39,648 bases of DNA, taken from positions 1 through 39,648 of the forward strand of contig JBFXGD010000013.1 of the NCBI GenBank assembly GCA_050178385.1, written 5' to 3'. This DNA comes from Calditrichaceae bacterium. GTDB lineage: Bacteria; Calditrichota; Calditrichia; Calditrichales; JBFXGD01. The position numbers were made by a program, and so were the translations under genes. The notes under the pieces are model-generated. The model saw nothing but the letters and a program-made list of their open reading frames with translations, made no database searches and was not told the origin of the DNA. This document shows positions 8,478-19,716 of the stretch, piece after piece. Position 1 is the first letter of the stretch, and the number at the start of each line of letters is the position of its first letter.

Positions 8478-9467
8478 TTATACTTTTTCTTCAGGTTTTA
8501 AATATTTTTCAACATTCATACCGAATTGCAATCCGCGTTCTTCCAGAATTTTACCCAGTTCCATAAGAGATTTCCGACCAAAATTTTTGAATTTTAGCAT
8601 CTCTTGTTCATCTCTTCGGACCAGATCGCCGATTGTTTTAATATTTGCAGCTTTTAAGCAATTGTGAGACCGCACAGAAAGTTCCAGCTCATCCACACTC
8701 ATTTTTAGCAGTTTTTTGATTCGCAGGGTTTCTTCATCAATTTCATTAACTTCTTCTTCTTCAGTATCAATATCAAAATTAATGAACAGCTGTATATGGT
8801 CTCTTAATATTTTACCGCTATAAGTTAACGCATCATCAGGAGTTATACTTCCGTCTGTTTCAATCTCAAGAATCAATTTTTCAAAATCTGTTCTTTGGCC
8901 TACGCGGGTATTTTCCACAAAATACCGAACGTTTAATATCGGGGAGAAAATAGAATCTATCGGTATAACACCAATCGGCTGGTCTGCCGCTTTATTCTCT
9001 TCCGCGGTCACATATCCACGCCCACGACCTATTCTAAGCTCCATTTCAAAATTTGCGTCCTCATTCAGACTGGCAATATGAAGGTCAGGATTAAGTACTT
9101 CAAAATCATTTGTACAATCCTGAATAGTTTTGCCTGTCAGCTCTAAAGGGCCTTTTAGATTCAAAGTAACCTTGTCCGGGCGTTTATTCATTAGTTTTAA
9201 TCGTACTTGCTTCAGATTAAGAATGATTTCAGTCACATCCTCATATACGCCGGGAACGGTGGTAAATTCATGTTGAATATTGTTAATTTTAATAGCGGTA
9301 ATTGCTGCACCCTGCAGAGAAGAAAGCAACACTCTCCTAAACATGTTTCCAATCGTAACGCCAAATCCTTTTTCCAGTGGTTGGACATAGAATTTCCCGA
9401 AGGTACTGGAATAAGACGACTCGTCTAATTCTATCCTCTCTGGCATCTGTAAGTTAGTCCAGCTCAT
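8478..9467 (-). CDS. rpoA: RNA polymerase alpha subunit
   Basis: PLEKGFGVTIGNMFRRVLLSS, LELSVRSHNCLK, NFGRKSL. Confidence 0.99.
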   Translation of the reverse strand: MSWTNLQMPERIELDESSYSSTFGKFYVQPLEKGFGVTIGNMFRRVLLSSLQGAAITAIKINNIQHEFTTVPGVYEDVTEIILNLKQVRLKLMNKRPDKVTLNLKGPLELTGKTIQDCTNDFEVLNPDLHIASLNEDANFEMELRIGRGRGYVTAEENKAADQPIGVIPIDSIFSPILNVRYFVENTRVGQRTDFEKLILEIETDGSITPDDALTYSGKILRDHIQLFINFDIDTEEEEVNEIDEETLRIKKLLKMSVDELELSVRSHNCLKAANIKTIGDLVRRDEQEMLKFKNFGRKSLMELGKILEERGLQFGMNVEKYLKPEEKV

Positions 9468-9499
9468 TATTCACCCATTCTTTTATTTTTTTGTTGCCA

Positions 9500-10114
9500 C
9501 TACTTAGAGTATAACTCAACAATCATATTTTCTTGAACATTTACAGGAATATCCGCGCGTTCCGGCCTTTGGATAAAACTACCTTTTAACTGGGCCTTAT
9601 CCAGAGTCAGCCAGGGATACATATTCTCCGCGCGAACTTTTTTCATGGCATCATGAACGACAGCAAGCCGACGACTTTTCTCTCTGATCTGAACCTCATC
9701 ACCCGGCTTCAAAAGAAATGACGGTATATTTACAACACGGCCGTTCACTGTGACATGCTTATGTAACACTATTTGTCTTGCCTGAGATCTTGAGACAGCA
9801 AATCCCAAACGATAAACAGTATTGTCCAGACGACTTTCGAGAATCTTTAGCAGATTTTCTCCGGTCACGCCTTTCATACGTTCCGCCTTTACAAAATAAT
9901 TATGGAATTGTCTTTCCAGCAGTCCGTACATAATTTTTAATTTTTGTTTTTCTCTAAGCTGTAGTCCGTAATCGGAAATCTTTTTTCTTCCCATCCCGTG
10001 CTGTCCCGGAGGATAGGGTTTATTATTCAAAATTTTATCAAATTTTGGATTTCCAAATATATTTTCACCGAATTTACGGACAAGTTTCGCTTTAGGTCCT
10101 GTATATCTTGCCAT
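9500..10114 (-). CDS. rpsD: 30S ribosomal protein S4
   Basis: MARYTGP, YGLQLREKQK, LESRLDN, IVELYSK. Confidence 0.99.
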   Translation of the reverse strand: MARYTGPKAKLVRKFGENIFGNPKFDKILNNKPYPPGQHGMGRKKISDYGLQLREKQKLKIMYGLLERQFHNYFVKAERMKGVTGENLLKILESRLDNTVYRLGFAVSRSQARQIVLHKHVTVNGRVVNIPSFLLKPGDEVQIREKSRRLAVVHDAMKKVRAENMYPWLTLDKAQLKGSFIQRPERADIPVNVQENMIVELYSK

Positions 10115-10135
10115 TAACTAAACTCCAAATTAGGG

Positions 10136-10528
10136 TTATACACGTCTCTTTTTAGGTGGTCTGCAACCATTATGCGGGATTGGGGTCACATCCTTAATCG
10201 TGGAAATTTCCAATCCAGCCGCCTGTAAAGACCTAATCGCTGCTTCTCTTCCTGAACCCGGTCCCTTTACTTCGACGTCTACACTGCGCAACCCGAGGTC
10301 CATTGCGGTTTTGCTTGCATTTTCTGCGGCAACCTGAGCTGCGAACGGAGTGTTTTTCCTTGATCCTTTAAAACCAACATGTCCGGCACTAGCCCAGGAG
10401 ATAACATTTCCATAATTATCAGTTATCGAAACGATGGTATTATTAAAGGTAGATTTGATATGTGCCTTGCCATGCGGTTCAACACGCTCTTTTTTCTTGA
10501 CCTTTTTTCTAGCCTTAGGTGAAGCCAA
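10136..10528 (-). CDS. rpsK: 30S ribosomal protein S11
   Basis: [34 protein letters not shown] start with AGGAGG RBS. Confidence 0.99.
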   Translation of the reverse strand: MASPKARKKVKKKERVEPHGKAHIKSTFNNTIVSITDNYGNVISWASAGHVGFKGSRKNTPFAAQVAAENASKTAMDLGLRSVDVEVKGPGSGREAAIRSLQAAGLEISTIKDVTPIPHNGCRPPKKRRV

Positions 10529-10549
10529 ATCACGCCTCCTGAATTATAA

Positions 10550-10921
10550 TTATTTTTTCTTTCCGCCACTAACAAGTCTTTTGCGGCCTTTACGAGTGCG
10601 CGCATTTGTTTTTGTTCTCTGACCATGTACTGGTAATCCGCGATGGTGACGATACCCTCTCACAGAATTAATATCCATCAACCTTTTAATGTTCATATTA
10701 ATTTCTGCTTTGAGCGCACCTTCAACCTTATGCTCTGTCTGAATGATCGTACGAATCTTTTTCACTTCATCTTCAGTCAGATCTTTAACCCGGGTATTTA
10801 CATCGACTCCGGAATCCTTACAGATTTTTTCTGAAGAGGTTTTACCAATACCGTATATATAGGTTAAACCGATAACTACGCGCTTGTTTTTCGGTAAATC
10901 AACACCAGCGATACGAGCCAA
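10550..10921 (-). CDS. rpsM: 30S ribosomal protein S13
   Basis: [34 protein letters not shown] start. Confidence 0.99.
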   Translation of the reverse strand: MARIAGVDLPKNKRVVIGLTYIYGIGKTSSEKICKDSGVDVNTRVKDLTEDEVKKIRTIIQTEHKVEGALKAEINMNIKRLMDINSVRGYRHHRGLPVHGQRTKTNARTRKGRKRLVSGGKKK

Positions 10922-10938
10922 AACTGCCTCCTTAAAAT

Positions 10939-11055
10939 TTAACCTTGACGCTGTTTATGTTTTGGATTTTTACTACAAATTACTCTTACAACACCCTTGC
11001 GACGAATTATTTTACAACCGTCACATATTTTTTTAACTGAGGCCTGTACTTTCAT
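10939..11055 (-). CDS. rpmJ: 50S ribosomal protein L36 (zinc-ribbon type)
   Basis: Manual translation [38 protein letters not shown] (too short for the ORF track). Confidence 0.98.
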   Translation of the reverse strand: MKVQASVKKICDGCKIIRRKGVVRVICSKNPKHKQRQG

Positions 11056-11067
11056 CTTCAATCCTTA

Positions 11068-11289
11068 TTATTTATAACGATACACTATTCTTCCCCTGGA
11101 CAAATCGTAGGGGGATAGTTCCATGCTTACTTTGTCTCCGGGTAATATTTTTATAAAATGCATTCTCATTTTGCCGGAAATATATGCTAACACCTCATGT
11201 CCGTTTTCAAGGGTCACGATAAAAGAAGCATTTGGCAGTGTTTCCTTTATAATTCCATCAACTCTGATTGCCTCTTGCTTTTTTGCCAA
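11068..11289 (-). CDS. infA: Translation initiation factor IF-1
   Basis: [40 protein letters not shown] start. Confidence 0.99.
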   Translation of the reverse strand: MAKKQEAIRVDGIIKETLPNASFIVTLENGHEVLAYISGKMRMHFIKILPGDKVSMELSPYDLSRGRIVYRYK

Positions 11290-11304
11290 ATTAATACTCC
11301 TTAC

Positions 11305-12054
11305 TTAATTAACCATTGTTAAAATTTTGGGTCCATCCTTCAATATTGCTATAGAATGCTCATAATGGGCGGAAGGTTTTCCGTCAAGTGTCTTCACAGT
11401 CCACTGATCATCCATTATATATACTTTATATGTCCCCAAATTAACCATTGGTTCAATGGCTATGACCATTCCAATCTTTAATTTCGGACCCTTTCCCTTT
11501 ACTCCATAATTGGGTATTTGAGGGTCCTCATGAGGTTCAATACCAACTCCATGACCAACCAGGTCTCTGACAATTGAATACCCATGTTTTTCTACATGGT
11601 TCTGAACCGCTGCTGAAATATCACCAACCCGGTTACCTTCTCTTGCCTGCTCTATTCCAAGGTACAAACTTTCTTCGGTTACTTTACAGAGGTTTTTGGT
11701 TTCCGGCGAAACATTTCCTACCAGAAAAGTTTTTGCGCCGTCACCATAGTAACCATCAAGCTCAACCCCGACATCAATGCCTACAATATCACCATCTGCC
11801 AATTTTTTTTCACCTGGAATTCCGTGAACCACCTCATCATTTAATGAGATACATGCCGCGGCCGGAAAACCATATAAACCCTTGAATGCAGGTCGCGCAT
11901 TCTTACTTAATATGAAATTCTCTATTTCTTTATTAAGAATATTTGTGGTAACACCGGGTTCTATATATTTTTCAATGAACTTTAGCGATTCAGCAAGGAT
12001 GATATTACTTTTTTCTATCTTATTTATTTCTTTTTCTGATTTTATATAAATCAT
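11305..12054 (-). CDS. map: Methionine aminopeptidase type I
   Basis: CISLNDEVVHGIP, GHGVG, HEDP, AIEPM, SAHYEH. Confidence 0.98.
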   Translation of the reverse strand: MIYIKSEKEINKIEKSNIILAESLKFIEKYIEPGVTTNILNKEIENFILSKNARPAFKGLYGFPAAACISLNDEVVHGIPGEKKLADGDIVGIDVGVELDGYYGDGAKTFLVGNVSPETKNLCKVTEESLYLGIEQAREGNRVGDISAAVQNHVEKHGYSIVRDLVGHGVGIEPHEDPQIPNYGVKGKGPKLKIGMVIAIEPMVNLGTYKVYIMDDQWTVKTLDGKPSAHYEHSIAILKDGPKILTMVN

Positions 12055-12064
12055 AACCGACTAC

Positions 12065-13390
12065 TTATTTCCGCCCTCTGAGCTTGCCGGATTTCATAAA
12101 ACCGTCATAGTGACGCATAAATAAATGAGATTCCACCTGTTGCAAGAAATCAAGCGCTACACCCACAATAATCAACAGCCCTGTACCTCCGTAAAATGAG
12201 GCGAGACTGTAAGGAATATTGAACCATTTGGCCAGCATCGCCGGTACAATGGCGATAATTGCAAGGAATATTGACGCAGGTAACGTTATCCGTGTCAATA
12301 TATTATCCAAGAACTCAGAAGTTCTTTTTCCAGGACGAACACCCGGAATAAAACCACCCTGCTTTTTCAAATTATCCGCGACATCAACAGGATTTAAAGC
12401 GATGGCGGTATAAAAATAGGTAAAGAAAACGATCATTACACCATAAACAATCCAGTAAAACCATGACTCCATCGAAAATAGACCCTGTAGCGTAATCATG
12501 AATTCACTTTCGGGCATAAAAGTCAGCACTGTTGTCGGAACAAACATGATTGCCTGAGCAAAGATAATCGGCATAACTCCGGCGGTATTGACTTTCATTG
12601 GAAAATGGGTATTGGTGCCTCCGTATACTTTTCTCCCCACCACTCTTTTTGCATACTGAACCGGAATTTTTCTGGTTCCCTGAGTAAGTAGAACCACAAA
12701 GTAGATAATCGCAAAAGCAAGTGCCAAAAGCGCGGCTTCAGCGAGTAGCCCGCGTTCACCACTTGAGAAATGTATATATTCTTCCGATAAAGCGCTCGGT
12801 AAGCTGGCAATAATACCTATAAAGATGATAAGAGAAATACCATTACCAATACCTCGATCATCTATTTGTTCACCAAGCCACATGATAAGCATGGTTCCGG
12901 AGGCCATGGAAATCATTGTCATTAATTGAAATCCTATACCCGGATCGGGTACGGCGAGCCTGCCGTCCGCAATCTGAATACTCTGCAGAAATATAGCAAC
13001 ACCATAAGCCTGCATGGCAGAAATCAACAATGTGCCATAACGGGTATACTGAATGATTTTTTTTCGGCCTTCTTCACCTTCTTTTTGAAGCTTCTGAAAG
13101 TGCGGAACTACGGCTCCCAGCAGCTGAATAATAATGGATGCGCTGATATAGGGCATAATACCCAGCCCGAAAATAGCTGCCTTGCTAAACGCGCCGCCGG
13201 CAAACAAGTCATACAGACCAAATAAAGTACCTTGTAAGTTCTTAAATCCTTCTGCCAACACACTTGTATCGATTCCCGGCGTAACGATATGGGTACCGAT
13301 TCGCTCGATACCTAAAATCATCAATGTAAAAAAAATACGCCTTCTCAATTCACCGATCTTGAATATATTTCTAAAAGTATCGAGTATCAT
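12065..13390 (-). CDS. secY: Preprotein translocase SecY
   Basis: LGIMPYISASII, WLGEQI..RGIGNGISLII, GFIPGVRPG; 4-nt ATGA overlap with rplO. Confidence 0.99.
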   Translation of the reverse strand: MILDTFRNIFKIGELRRRIFFTLMILGIERIGTHIVTPGIDTSVLAEGFKNLQGTLFGLYDLFAGGAFSKAAIFGLGIMPYISASIIIQLLGAVVPHFQKLQKEGEEGRKKIIQYTRYGTLLISAMQAYGVAIFLQSIQIADGRLAVPDPGIGFQLMTMISMASGTMLIMWLGEQIDDRGIGNGISLIIFIGIIASLPSALSEEYIHFSSGERGLLAEAALLALAFAIIYFVVLLTQGTRKIPVQYAKRVVGRKVYGGTNTHFPMKVNTAGVMPIIFAQAIMFVPTTVLTFMPESEFMITLQGLFSMESWFYWIVYGVMIVFFTYFYTAIALNPVDVADNLKKQGGFIPGVRPGKRTSEFLDNILTRITLPASIFLAIIAIVPAMLAKWFNIPYSLASFYGGTGLLIIVGVALDFLQQVESHLFMRHYDGFMKSGKLRGRK

Positions 13391-13827
13391 GATAGCGTAA
13401 CGGTGCCTCCTAATTTTTCGATCTTTTCCCTGGCTGATTTGCTGATGGCATCAATCGTTAAATTGACTTTCGATTTCAATTCACCGTTACCGAGAATTTT
13501 TACAGGCACATTTTTTTTACGAATAAGCCCGTTCTGTAATAAAATCTCCCTGGTAATCATCTCTGAACCGGATACTTTCTCAAGATCTCCGACATTTACA
13601 ACCTGATGGGTTATTTTATTGATATTTGTAAAACCAAATTTTGGTAAACGACGTTGCAGAGGCATCTGGCCACCTTCAAACCAGGCTCTTTGTTTCGCGC
13701 CGCCTCTGGAACCATAACCTTTATGTCCTCTACCTGCGGTTACCGCGAGACCTGAACCTTCACCCCGGCCACGTCTTTTTTTCTTTTTGGTTGCCCCACT
13801 CGCAGGACGTAATGTACTTAAATCCAT
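13387..13827 (-). CDS. rplO: 50S ribosomal protein L15
   Basis: RGRGEGSG, GRGHKG, FEGGQMPLQRRLPKFGF. Confidence 0.99.
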   Translation of the reverse strand: MDLSTLRPASGATKKKKRRGRGEGSGLAVTAGRGHKGYGSRGGAKQRAWFEGGQMPLQRRLPKFGFTNINKITHQVVNVGDLEKVSGSEMITREILLQNGLIRKKNVPVKILGNGELKSKVNLTIDAISKSAREKIEKLGGTVTLS

Positions 13828-13855
13828 AATTGAACTATCCCCTATACAATATATT

Positions 13856-14053
13856 CTATTTTACTTCTTCCACATTGACAAGATGCTTAACTTTATTAAC
13901 CATTCCGAGGATTTGTGGAGTGGCATCATGCACCACGCTATGATTTAATTTTTTGATACCCAATGCTTCAATAGTCAATTTCTGACCTTTGGGATAGCCT
14001 ATTGCACTTTTTTTCTGGGTAATCTTTATTTTTTTTAACTTACTTGTTGCCAT
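13856..14053 (-). CDS. rpmD: 50S ribosomal protein L30
   Basis: IKITQKKSAIG...ALGIKK...GMVNKVKHLV; position in spc block. Confidence 0.97.
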   Translation of the reverse strand: MATSKLKKIKITQKKSAIGYPKGQKLTIEALGIKKLNHSVVHDATPQILGMVNKVKHLVNVEEVK

Positions 14054-14077
14054 TATTAATATCCTTGAAATTAGCTG

Positions 14078-14584
14078 TTAACCATGAAATAACTTGCCAA
14101 GCGAAATATTTCTTCTCTTCGCAACTTCTTCAGCACTCATCATATTTTTAAGAGCATAAAATGTCGCTTTGCTGAGATTGTGCGGGTTTGAAGAACCGAT
14201 CGATTTGGTCAAAATATCAGTAATTCCCGCCATTTCGCAAATTGCGCGGACCGGACCACCGGCAATAACTCCTGTACCGGGTGAAGCCGGATTTAAGGAG
14301 ACATAACCAGCGCCGTATTTAGCATTGACCGGATATGAAATCGTACCATTTATCAGTGATACTTTAGTTAGATTTTTTTTAGCCTGATCAGTGGCTTTTG
14401 AGATAGCATTAATAACTTCATTGGCTTTACCTAAACCAAGACCTATAATGCCACTTCCATCGCCAACTACAACAATGGCATTGAACGAGAAGCGCCGACC
14501 GCCTTTTAATACTTTGGCGACACGGTTGATATAAACCACCTTCTCTTTTAAATCTAATTCACCTGGATTAATTCGTTCAACCAC
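14078..14584 (-). CDS. rpsE: 30S ribosomal protein S5
   Basis: [31 protein letters not shown] start. Confidence 0.99.
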   Translation of the reverse strand: MVERINPGELDLKEKVVYINRVAKVLKGGRRFSFNAIVVVGDGSGIIGLGLGKANEVINAISKATDQAKKNLTKVSLINGTISYPVNAKYGAGYVSLNPASPGTGVIAGGPVRAICEMAGITDILTKSIGSSNPHNLSKATFYALKNMMSAEEVAKRRNISLGKLFHG

Positions 14585-14601
14585 CGTTCACTCCCTATAA
14601 T

Positions 14602-14934
14602 TTAAAAATCCAAGCCACCTTCACGGGCACCATCGGCGAACGATTTTACACGCCCATGATAAAGATAACTGTTTCTGTCAAAAACTACTTTTGACACATT
14701 TTTCTTTTTTGCTTCTTCAGCCAGCAATTTACCGACAATAAAAGCTTTTTCTTTTTTTGATTTGGCTTTTTTCAGAGCATCTTTGACTGATTTACTTATA
14801 TCAGACAGCCCTAATAACACCTTTTTCTGGGAATCGTCAACGATTTGCCCATGCATATATCTCAGGCTTCTAAAAACCACTAAACGCGGTCTTTCAGTTG
14901 TACCGAATATCCTTTTTTTACTTTTCTCAGGCAT
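14602..14934 (-). CDS. rplR: 50S ribosomal protein L18 (short N-terminus)
   Basis: GTTERPRLVVFRS, VVFDRNSYLYHGRVK, AREGGLDF. Confidence 0.97.
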   Translation of the reverse strand: MPEKSKKRIFGTTERPRLVVFRSLRYMHGQIVDDSQKKVLLGLSDISKSVKDALKKAKSKKEKAFIVGKLLAEEAKKKNVSKVVFDRNSYLYHGRVKSFADGAREGGLDF

Positions 14935-14953
14935 CTTAATCGTTCCTATCTAC

Positions 14954-15493
14954 TTATTTTCCTGCCGTTTTTCCAGCCTTGCGACGTATATGTTCGCCGG
15001 CATATTTCACGCCTTTGCCTTTGTAGGGCTCTGGCTTTCTGTAACTGCGAAGCTTGGATGCGATCATTCCCACCAATTCTTTATTTATACCCGAAATTTG
15101 TATTTCATTCGGACCGGGAACATTTATCGTTATACCCTCAGGTGCAGAAAAAACGATCGGATGAGAAAAACCTAAATGGAGTACAAGACGACTACCCTTG
15201 GTTTCAGCCTTATATCCAACACCAACAATTTCAAGTTTCTTTGTAAAACCGTTTGATACACCTTCAACCATATTCGCAATCAGAGTACGGGTTAATCCAT
15301 GCAATGAGCGACTAACCTTTTCATCATTCATTCTGGAAACCACAATCTCTTTATTTTCAATCACAATATTGATCTGCTCTACGAACTGACGGCTCAGCTC
15401 GCCTTTTGGTCCTTTAACAGTCAATATTTTATTATCCAGATTAACATTAACGTTATCCGGAATCTGAACTGGTAATTTGCCGATTCTCGACAC
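14954..15493 (-). CDS. rplF: 50S ribosomal protein L6
   Basis: MSRIGKLP, VKGPKG, RKPEPYKGKG; GTG start. Confidence 0.99.
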   Translation of the reverse strand: MSRIGKLPVQIPDNVNVNLDNKILTVKGPKGELSRQFVEQINIVIENKEIVVSRMNDEKVSRSLHGLTRTLIANMVEGVSNGFTKKLEIVGVGYKAETKGSRLVLHLGFSHPIVFSAPEGITINVPGPNEIQISGINKELVGMIASKLRSYRKPEPYKGKGVKYAGEHIRRKAGKTAGK

Positions 15494-15517
15494 TTTATTG
15501 TCTCCTATTCCTTCATA

Positions 15518-15916
15518 TTACCAAACGTAACATAAAATTTCGCCACCAACGTGTTGTCTTTTTGCTTCACGAGCAGTAATTACACCTTTAGGAGTTGTCA
15601 TAATCGCAATACCTAAATTATTTTTTACCCTGGGTAAATTCTCTACAGGAACATATTGTCTTCTTCCAGGCTTGCTTACTCTCGTTAAATTCTGAATGAT
15701 TGGATTTTTATACTGATCGTATTTCAACCAGATTCGTATAAGACCCTGTTTACCATCATCAACTACAACATATTTTGCTATATATCCTTGTTCGAGCAAG
15801 ATACGGCTCATCTGACGTTTAACGTTAGATGACGGTATATCCACATATTTGTGTTTGGCATGCAGCCCATTTCTTATTCTTGTCAAAAAGTCTGCAATTG
15901 GATCTGTCATTGACAT
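15518..15916 (-). CDS. rpsH: 30S ribosomal protein S8
   Basis: DPIADFLTRIRN, SKPGRRQY, GGEILCYVW. Confidence 0.99.
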   Translation of the reverse strand: MSMTDPIADFLTRIRNGLHAKHKYVDIPSSNVKRQMSRILLEQGYIAKYVVVDDGKQGLIRIWLKYDQYKNPIIQNLTRVSKPGRRQYVPVENLPRVKNNLGIAIMTTPKGVITAREAKRQHVGGEILCYVW

Positions 15917-15940
15917 TTATTTATTCTCCTTCAATTGGGT

Positions 15941-16126
15941 TTACCAGCTTGCCTTGGTAACGCCCGGTATTTCACCTTGTAAAGCTAATTGTCTGAAGCA
16001 AAGACGGCAGATTCCATATTTCCGGAGATATCCCCGTGGACGGCCGCATCTATTACAACGGTTATATTCACGCACTTTAAATTTTTGCTTACTTTTAGAC
16101 TTTTCAATCAAACATTTCTTTGCCAA
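15941..16126 (-). CDS. rpsN: 30S ribosomal protein S14, type Z
   Basis: 61 aa, RCNRCGRPR...[19 protein letters not shown] start. Confidence 0.99.
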   Translation of the reverse strand: MAKKCLIEKSKSKQKFKVREYNRCNRCGRPRGYLRKYGICRLCFRQLALQGEIPGVTKASW

Positions 16127-16141
16127 AGCACACCTCTTATC

Positions 16142-16702
16142 TTAATTTTCCTGTTTCTTGAAAGGGAAACCCAGTGACCTTAATAGCTCATAAGCTTCTT
16201 CATCGGTTTTCGCAGTGCTTACAAAAGTGACATCCAAACCGCGAATTTTATCAATTTTATCAACGTTAATCTCAGGGAAAATTATCTGTTCTTTGATCCC
16301 CAATGTATAATTGCCTCTGCCATCGAATGATTTATCAGAGTAACCTCTGAAATCCCTGATACGAGGAACAGCGATACTGATAAAGCGATCAAGAAAATCA
16401 AACATCATCTTATTACGTAATGTGACACGGCAGCCTATCTTCATTCCCTGACGAAGCTTGAAATTTGAAATCGATTTCTTCGCAGTTGTTATCGCCGGCT
16501 TCTGGCCACTGATAACTGTCAGATCACTTACAGCGCCTTCCAGGACTTTCGCGTCCTGAATCGCATCACCAACACCGACATTAAGACTAATTTTTACCAA
16601 TTTGGGAACTTCATTTATATTTTTATACCCAAATTTTTTCATCATGTGAGGCACAACTTCGTTTTTATATTGATCGAACAACCTCGGTACGTATTCAGCC
16701 AT
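16142..16702 (-). CDS. rplE: 50S ribosomal protein L5
   Basis: [27 protein letters not shown]. Confidence 0.99.
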   Translation of the reverse strand: MAEYVPRLFDQYKNEVVPHMMKKFGYKNINEVPKLVKISLNVGVGDAIQDAKVLEGAVSDLTVISGQKPAITTAKKSISNFKLRQGMKIGCRVTLRNKMMFDFLDRFISIAVPRIRDFRGYSDKSFDGRGNYTLGIKEQIIFPEINVDKIDKIRGLDVTFVSTAKTDEEAYELLRSLGFPFKKQEN

Positions 16703-16725
16703 TTTTAACCTCTAAATATTCCGTG

Positions 16726-17052
16726 CTATACGTTAACTGATATTATTTCGCCGCAATCTTTATTTTTGCAGAACCTTACCTTGGAGCCATCATCCAGAAA
16801 ACGATAGCCTACACGGGTTGGTTTATTACATTTACCACAAACCAGCACGACATTGGAAATGTGTATGGGGGCTTCTTTTTCAACAATGCCGCCCTGTGTA
16901 TTTTTTTGTGACGGACGGGTATGCTTTTTAATAATGTTTACACCCTCAACAATTACCCGGTCCTTATCAGGGAAAACTTTAAGTACTTTACTTATCTTTC
17001 CCTTATATTTGCCTGAAACCACTTTAATAGTGTCGTTTTTAACTACTCTCAT
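16726..17052 (-). CDS. rplX: 50S ribosomal protein L24
   Basis: KOW-like [22 protein letters not shown]. Confidence 0.98.
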   Translation of the reverse strand: MRVVKNDTIKVVSGKYKGKISKVLKVFPDKDRVIVEGVNIIKKHTRPSQKNTQGGIVEKEAPIHISNVVLVCGKCNKPTRVGYRFLDDGSKVRFCKNKDCGEIISVNV

Positions 17053-17072
17053 TTATACAATCCTACCCATAG

Positions 17073-17441
17073 TTATAGTACTTCGGGAGCCAAAGATACG
17101 ATTTTCATAAACTGCATATCACGCAACTCGCGAGCGACAGGCCCAAAAATACGTGTTCCCCGTGGTTCATTTTGGTTATCGATGATTACGGCTGCATTTT
17201 CGTCAAAACGGATATAGGTTCCATCCGGCCTGCGTATTTCTTTCTTCGTGCGAACGATTACCGCCTTCTGAACTTCACCCTTTTTCACGGTACCCCCGGG
17301 AATAGCGCTCTTTACAGCCACAACAATTATATCACCGACTGATGCGTATCTTCTACCTGAGCCGCCCAGGATACGAATACACATAACCTTCTGAGCACCG
17401 GAATTGTCCGCGACATTTAACCTTGTATATTCTTGAATCAT
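17073..17441 (-). CDS. rplN: 50S ribosomal protein L14
   Basis: [27 protein letters not shown]. Confidence 0.99.
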   Translation of the reverse strand: MIQEYTRLNVADNSGAQKVMCIRILGGSGRRYASVGDIIVVAVKSAIPGGTVKKGEVQKAVIVRTKKEIRRPDGTYIRFDENAAVIIDNQNEPRGTRIFGPVARELRDMQFMKIVSLAPEVL

Positions 17442-17464
17442 CTTCCAGGTCCTTTTTCAGACAT

Positions 17465-17725
17465 TTATTTAACTTTTTCAACAACTTCCACTAAACGCCA
17501 TCTTTTGTTTTTACTGATGGGTTTGGTTTCCATTACTTTTACAAGATCACCTTCATTGCATACATTTTGCTCATCATGCACAGTCAGCTTCATCGTCTTT
17601 TTTACGAATTTTCCATACAGAGGATGCTTTAAGCGTCTTTCAACTGCAATGGTGATTGTTTTGTCCATCTTATTACTAAGAACTTTACCGATACGAACTT
17701 TTCGTAACCCGCGTTCTGTCTTCAT
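17465..17725 (-). CDS. rpsQ: 30S ribosomal protein S17
   Basis: [23 protein letters not shown]. Confidence 0.99.
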   Translation of the reverse strand: MKTERGLRKVRIGKVLSNKMDKTITIAVERRLKHPLYGKFVKKTMKLTVHDEQNVCNEGDLVKVMETKPISKNKRWRLVEVVEKVK

Positions 17726-17742
17726 ATCTTTCCCAATCTCAC

Positions 17743-17952
17743 TTATGCTTTGATATTTATACCTAATTCCTGCTGACGTATAAATGTTTTAATGCGCGCA
17801 ATCTCCCTACGCACAAATCTGATCCGAATGGGGTTAGTCAGCTGATGCGTCGCTTTCTGAAGGACAAGATTTTCATATTCATCTTGAACTTCACGCAACT
17901 TCTCATTTAATTCGTCCAGGGTAAGTCCTTTTATATCTTCTTTGCTCTTCAT
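17743..17952 (-). CDS. rpmC: 50S ribosomal protein L29
   Basis: [20 protein letters not shown]; position between rplP and rpsQ. Confidence 0.96.
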   Translation of the reverse strand: MKSKEDIKGLTLDELNEKLREVQDEYENLVLQKATHQLTNPIRIRFVRREIARIKTFIRQQELGINIKA

Positions 17953-17966
17953 CGCTTTTACCCCTG

Positions 17967-18374
17967 TTACTCATTTACAACAAATTTTGTTTTAATTGGT
18001 AATTTATGCGAAGCTAAGCGCATAGCTTCTTTGGCCAGTTCAAGATCTACACCTTCCAGCTCGAACATAATACGGCCGGGCTTTACCACTGCTACCCAAT
18101 ATTCGGGAGATCCCTTACCTTTTCCCATACGAGTTTCCGCCGGTTTTTTAGTGACGGGCTTATCGGGAAATATACGAATCCAAACTTTTCCACCGCGCTT
18201 CACGTGCCTTGTGATCGCAATACGTGTTGCTTCTATCTGTCTGCTGGTAATCCAACCGGATTCCATAGCCTTTAATCCATATTTACCGAATGCAATATAA
18301 TTGCCCTTCTGGGCATTACCCTTCATTCTTCCGCGTTGTTTCTTACGATATTTAACTCTCTTAGGCATTAACAT
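17967..18374 (-). CDS. rplP: 50S ribosomal protein L16
   Basis: [25 protein letters not shown]. Confidence 0.99.
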   Translation of the reverse strand: MLMPKRVKYRKKQRGRMKGNAQKGNYIAFGKYGLKAMESGWITSRQIEATRIAITRHVKRGGKVWIRIFPDKPVTKKPAETRMGKGKGSPEYWVAVVKPGRIMFELEGVDLELAKEAMRLASHKLPIKTKFVVNE

Positions 18375-18397
18375 TAGAAAGACTCCTAAAACTCATC

Positions 18398-19030
18398 CTA
18401 TCTTTTTCCGATTACTTCGCCATTAAAGATCCAGACCTTTACGCCAATTGTTCCATAAGTTGTGTTTGACGTATAAGTGGCATAATCTATGTCTGCTCTT
18501 AGCGTATGAAGGGGAATTCTTCCTTCTTTATATTGTTCAGTTCTTGCCATTTCAGCTCCGCCGAGACGCCCGGAACACATAATCTTAATTCCTTCAGCTC
18601 CAAGTCTCATTGTCGATGTAATCGCTTTTTTCATAGCGCGACGAAAACTAACCTTGCCTTCCAGCTGCTTCGCAATGTTTTCGGCAACCAGATATGCGTC
18701 TAATTCCGGTTTCTTGATTTCATTGATATTGATCTGAACATCTTTACCTGTTAAAGCTCTCAGTTCTTCTTTTAACTTATCAACCTCAGAACCCTTTTTC
18801 CCGATCACAATCCCGGGCCGGGCCGTATGAACCGTTAAAATGACTTTCTTCACAGTACGTTCGATCTCAATCTTGGACACCGCCGCTTTCTTCAAACGAT
18901 TCCTGATGTACTGTCTAAGCTTTAAATCTTCCTGCAGTTTCGCCGCGAAATTCTTTTCGTCAAACCAACTGCTATTCCAGGTTTTGATGATCCCTAATCT
19001 GAAACCAACCGGATGAACTTTTTGCCCCAA
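18398..19030 (-). CDS. rpsC: 30S ribosomal protein S3
   Basis: [40 protein letters not shown] start. Confidence 0.99.
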   Translation of the reverse strand: MGQKVHPVGFRLGIIKTWNSSWFDEKNFAAKLQEDLKLRQYIRNRLKKAAVSKIEIERTVKKVILTVHTARPGIVIGKKGSEVDKLKEELRALTGKDVQININEIKKPELDAYLVAENIAKQLEGKVSFRRAMKKAITSTMRLGAEGIKIMCSGRLGGAEMARTEQYKEGRIPLHTLRADIDYATYTSNTTYGTIGVKVWIFNGEVIGKR

Positions 19031-19056
19031 ACCGATTCTCCTTATAGTGAACAGTT

Positions 19057-19398
19057 TTAAATATGTTCAACAATAATTGTTAAATGTGATGTTCTTTTAC
19101 GTATTTTACCCGCTCTGCCCATTGACATAGGACGAAATCTCTTCAGAGTTGCCCCGCCATCTACGAATGCGGTTTTAATATAAACATCATTCATATTAAT
19201 ACGCTCGCCTTCTTCCTTGTTGCCAAGATTAGCATAGGCAGCCTGAATTGTCTTGGCGATAGGCTCAGCGGCATTTTTTCTTGTAAAATGAAGTAAATTC
19301 AATGCTTCTTCCACATTCATACCGCGAACCAGGTCCAGGACCCGTCGCATTTTTATCGGGGACATTCTCAAATATTTGGTTTTTGCAATAGCTTCCAT
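19057..19398 (-). CDS. rplV: 50S ribosomal protein L22
   Basis: [21 protein letters not shown]. Confidence 0.98.
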   Translation of the reverse strand: MEAIAKTKYLRMSPIKMRRVLDLVRGMNVEEALNLLHFTRKNAAEPIAKTIQAAYANLGNKEEGERINMNDVYIKTAFVDGGATLKRFRPMSMGRAGKIRKRTSHLTIIVEHI

Positions 19399-19415
19399 CT
19401 TTACTCCGATTTTTT

Positions 19416-19703
19416 TTACTTAACACGACTCATGCGTTCAGCCAGCTTACCCCCGTGACCTCTAAATGTACGAGTCGGAGCAAATTCACCAAGTTTGTGA
19501 CCCACCATATTTTCAGACACATAAACAGGTATGAATTTTATTCCGTTATGAACAGCAATTGTATGCCCTACAAATTCCGGTGGAATTGTACTTCTTCTTG
19601 CCCAGGTTTTCACAACCACCTTTTTACCTTCAGTATTCAGTTTTTCTATTTTACCGGCAAGATTCGGGTCAATATATGGACCTTTTTTTATCGAGCGTGC
19701 CAT
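19416..19703 (-). CDS. rpsS: 30S ribosomal protein S19
   Basis: [20 protein letters not shown]. Confidence 0.99.
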   Translation of the reverse strand: MARSIKKGPYIDPNLAGKIEKLNTEGKKVVVKTWARRSTIPPEFVGHTIAVHNGIKFIPVYVSENMVGHKLGEFAPTRTFRGHGGKLAERMSRVK

Positions 19704-19716
19704 CTACATCATTCTC

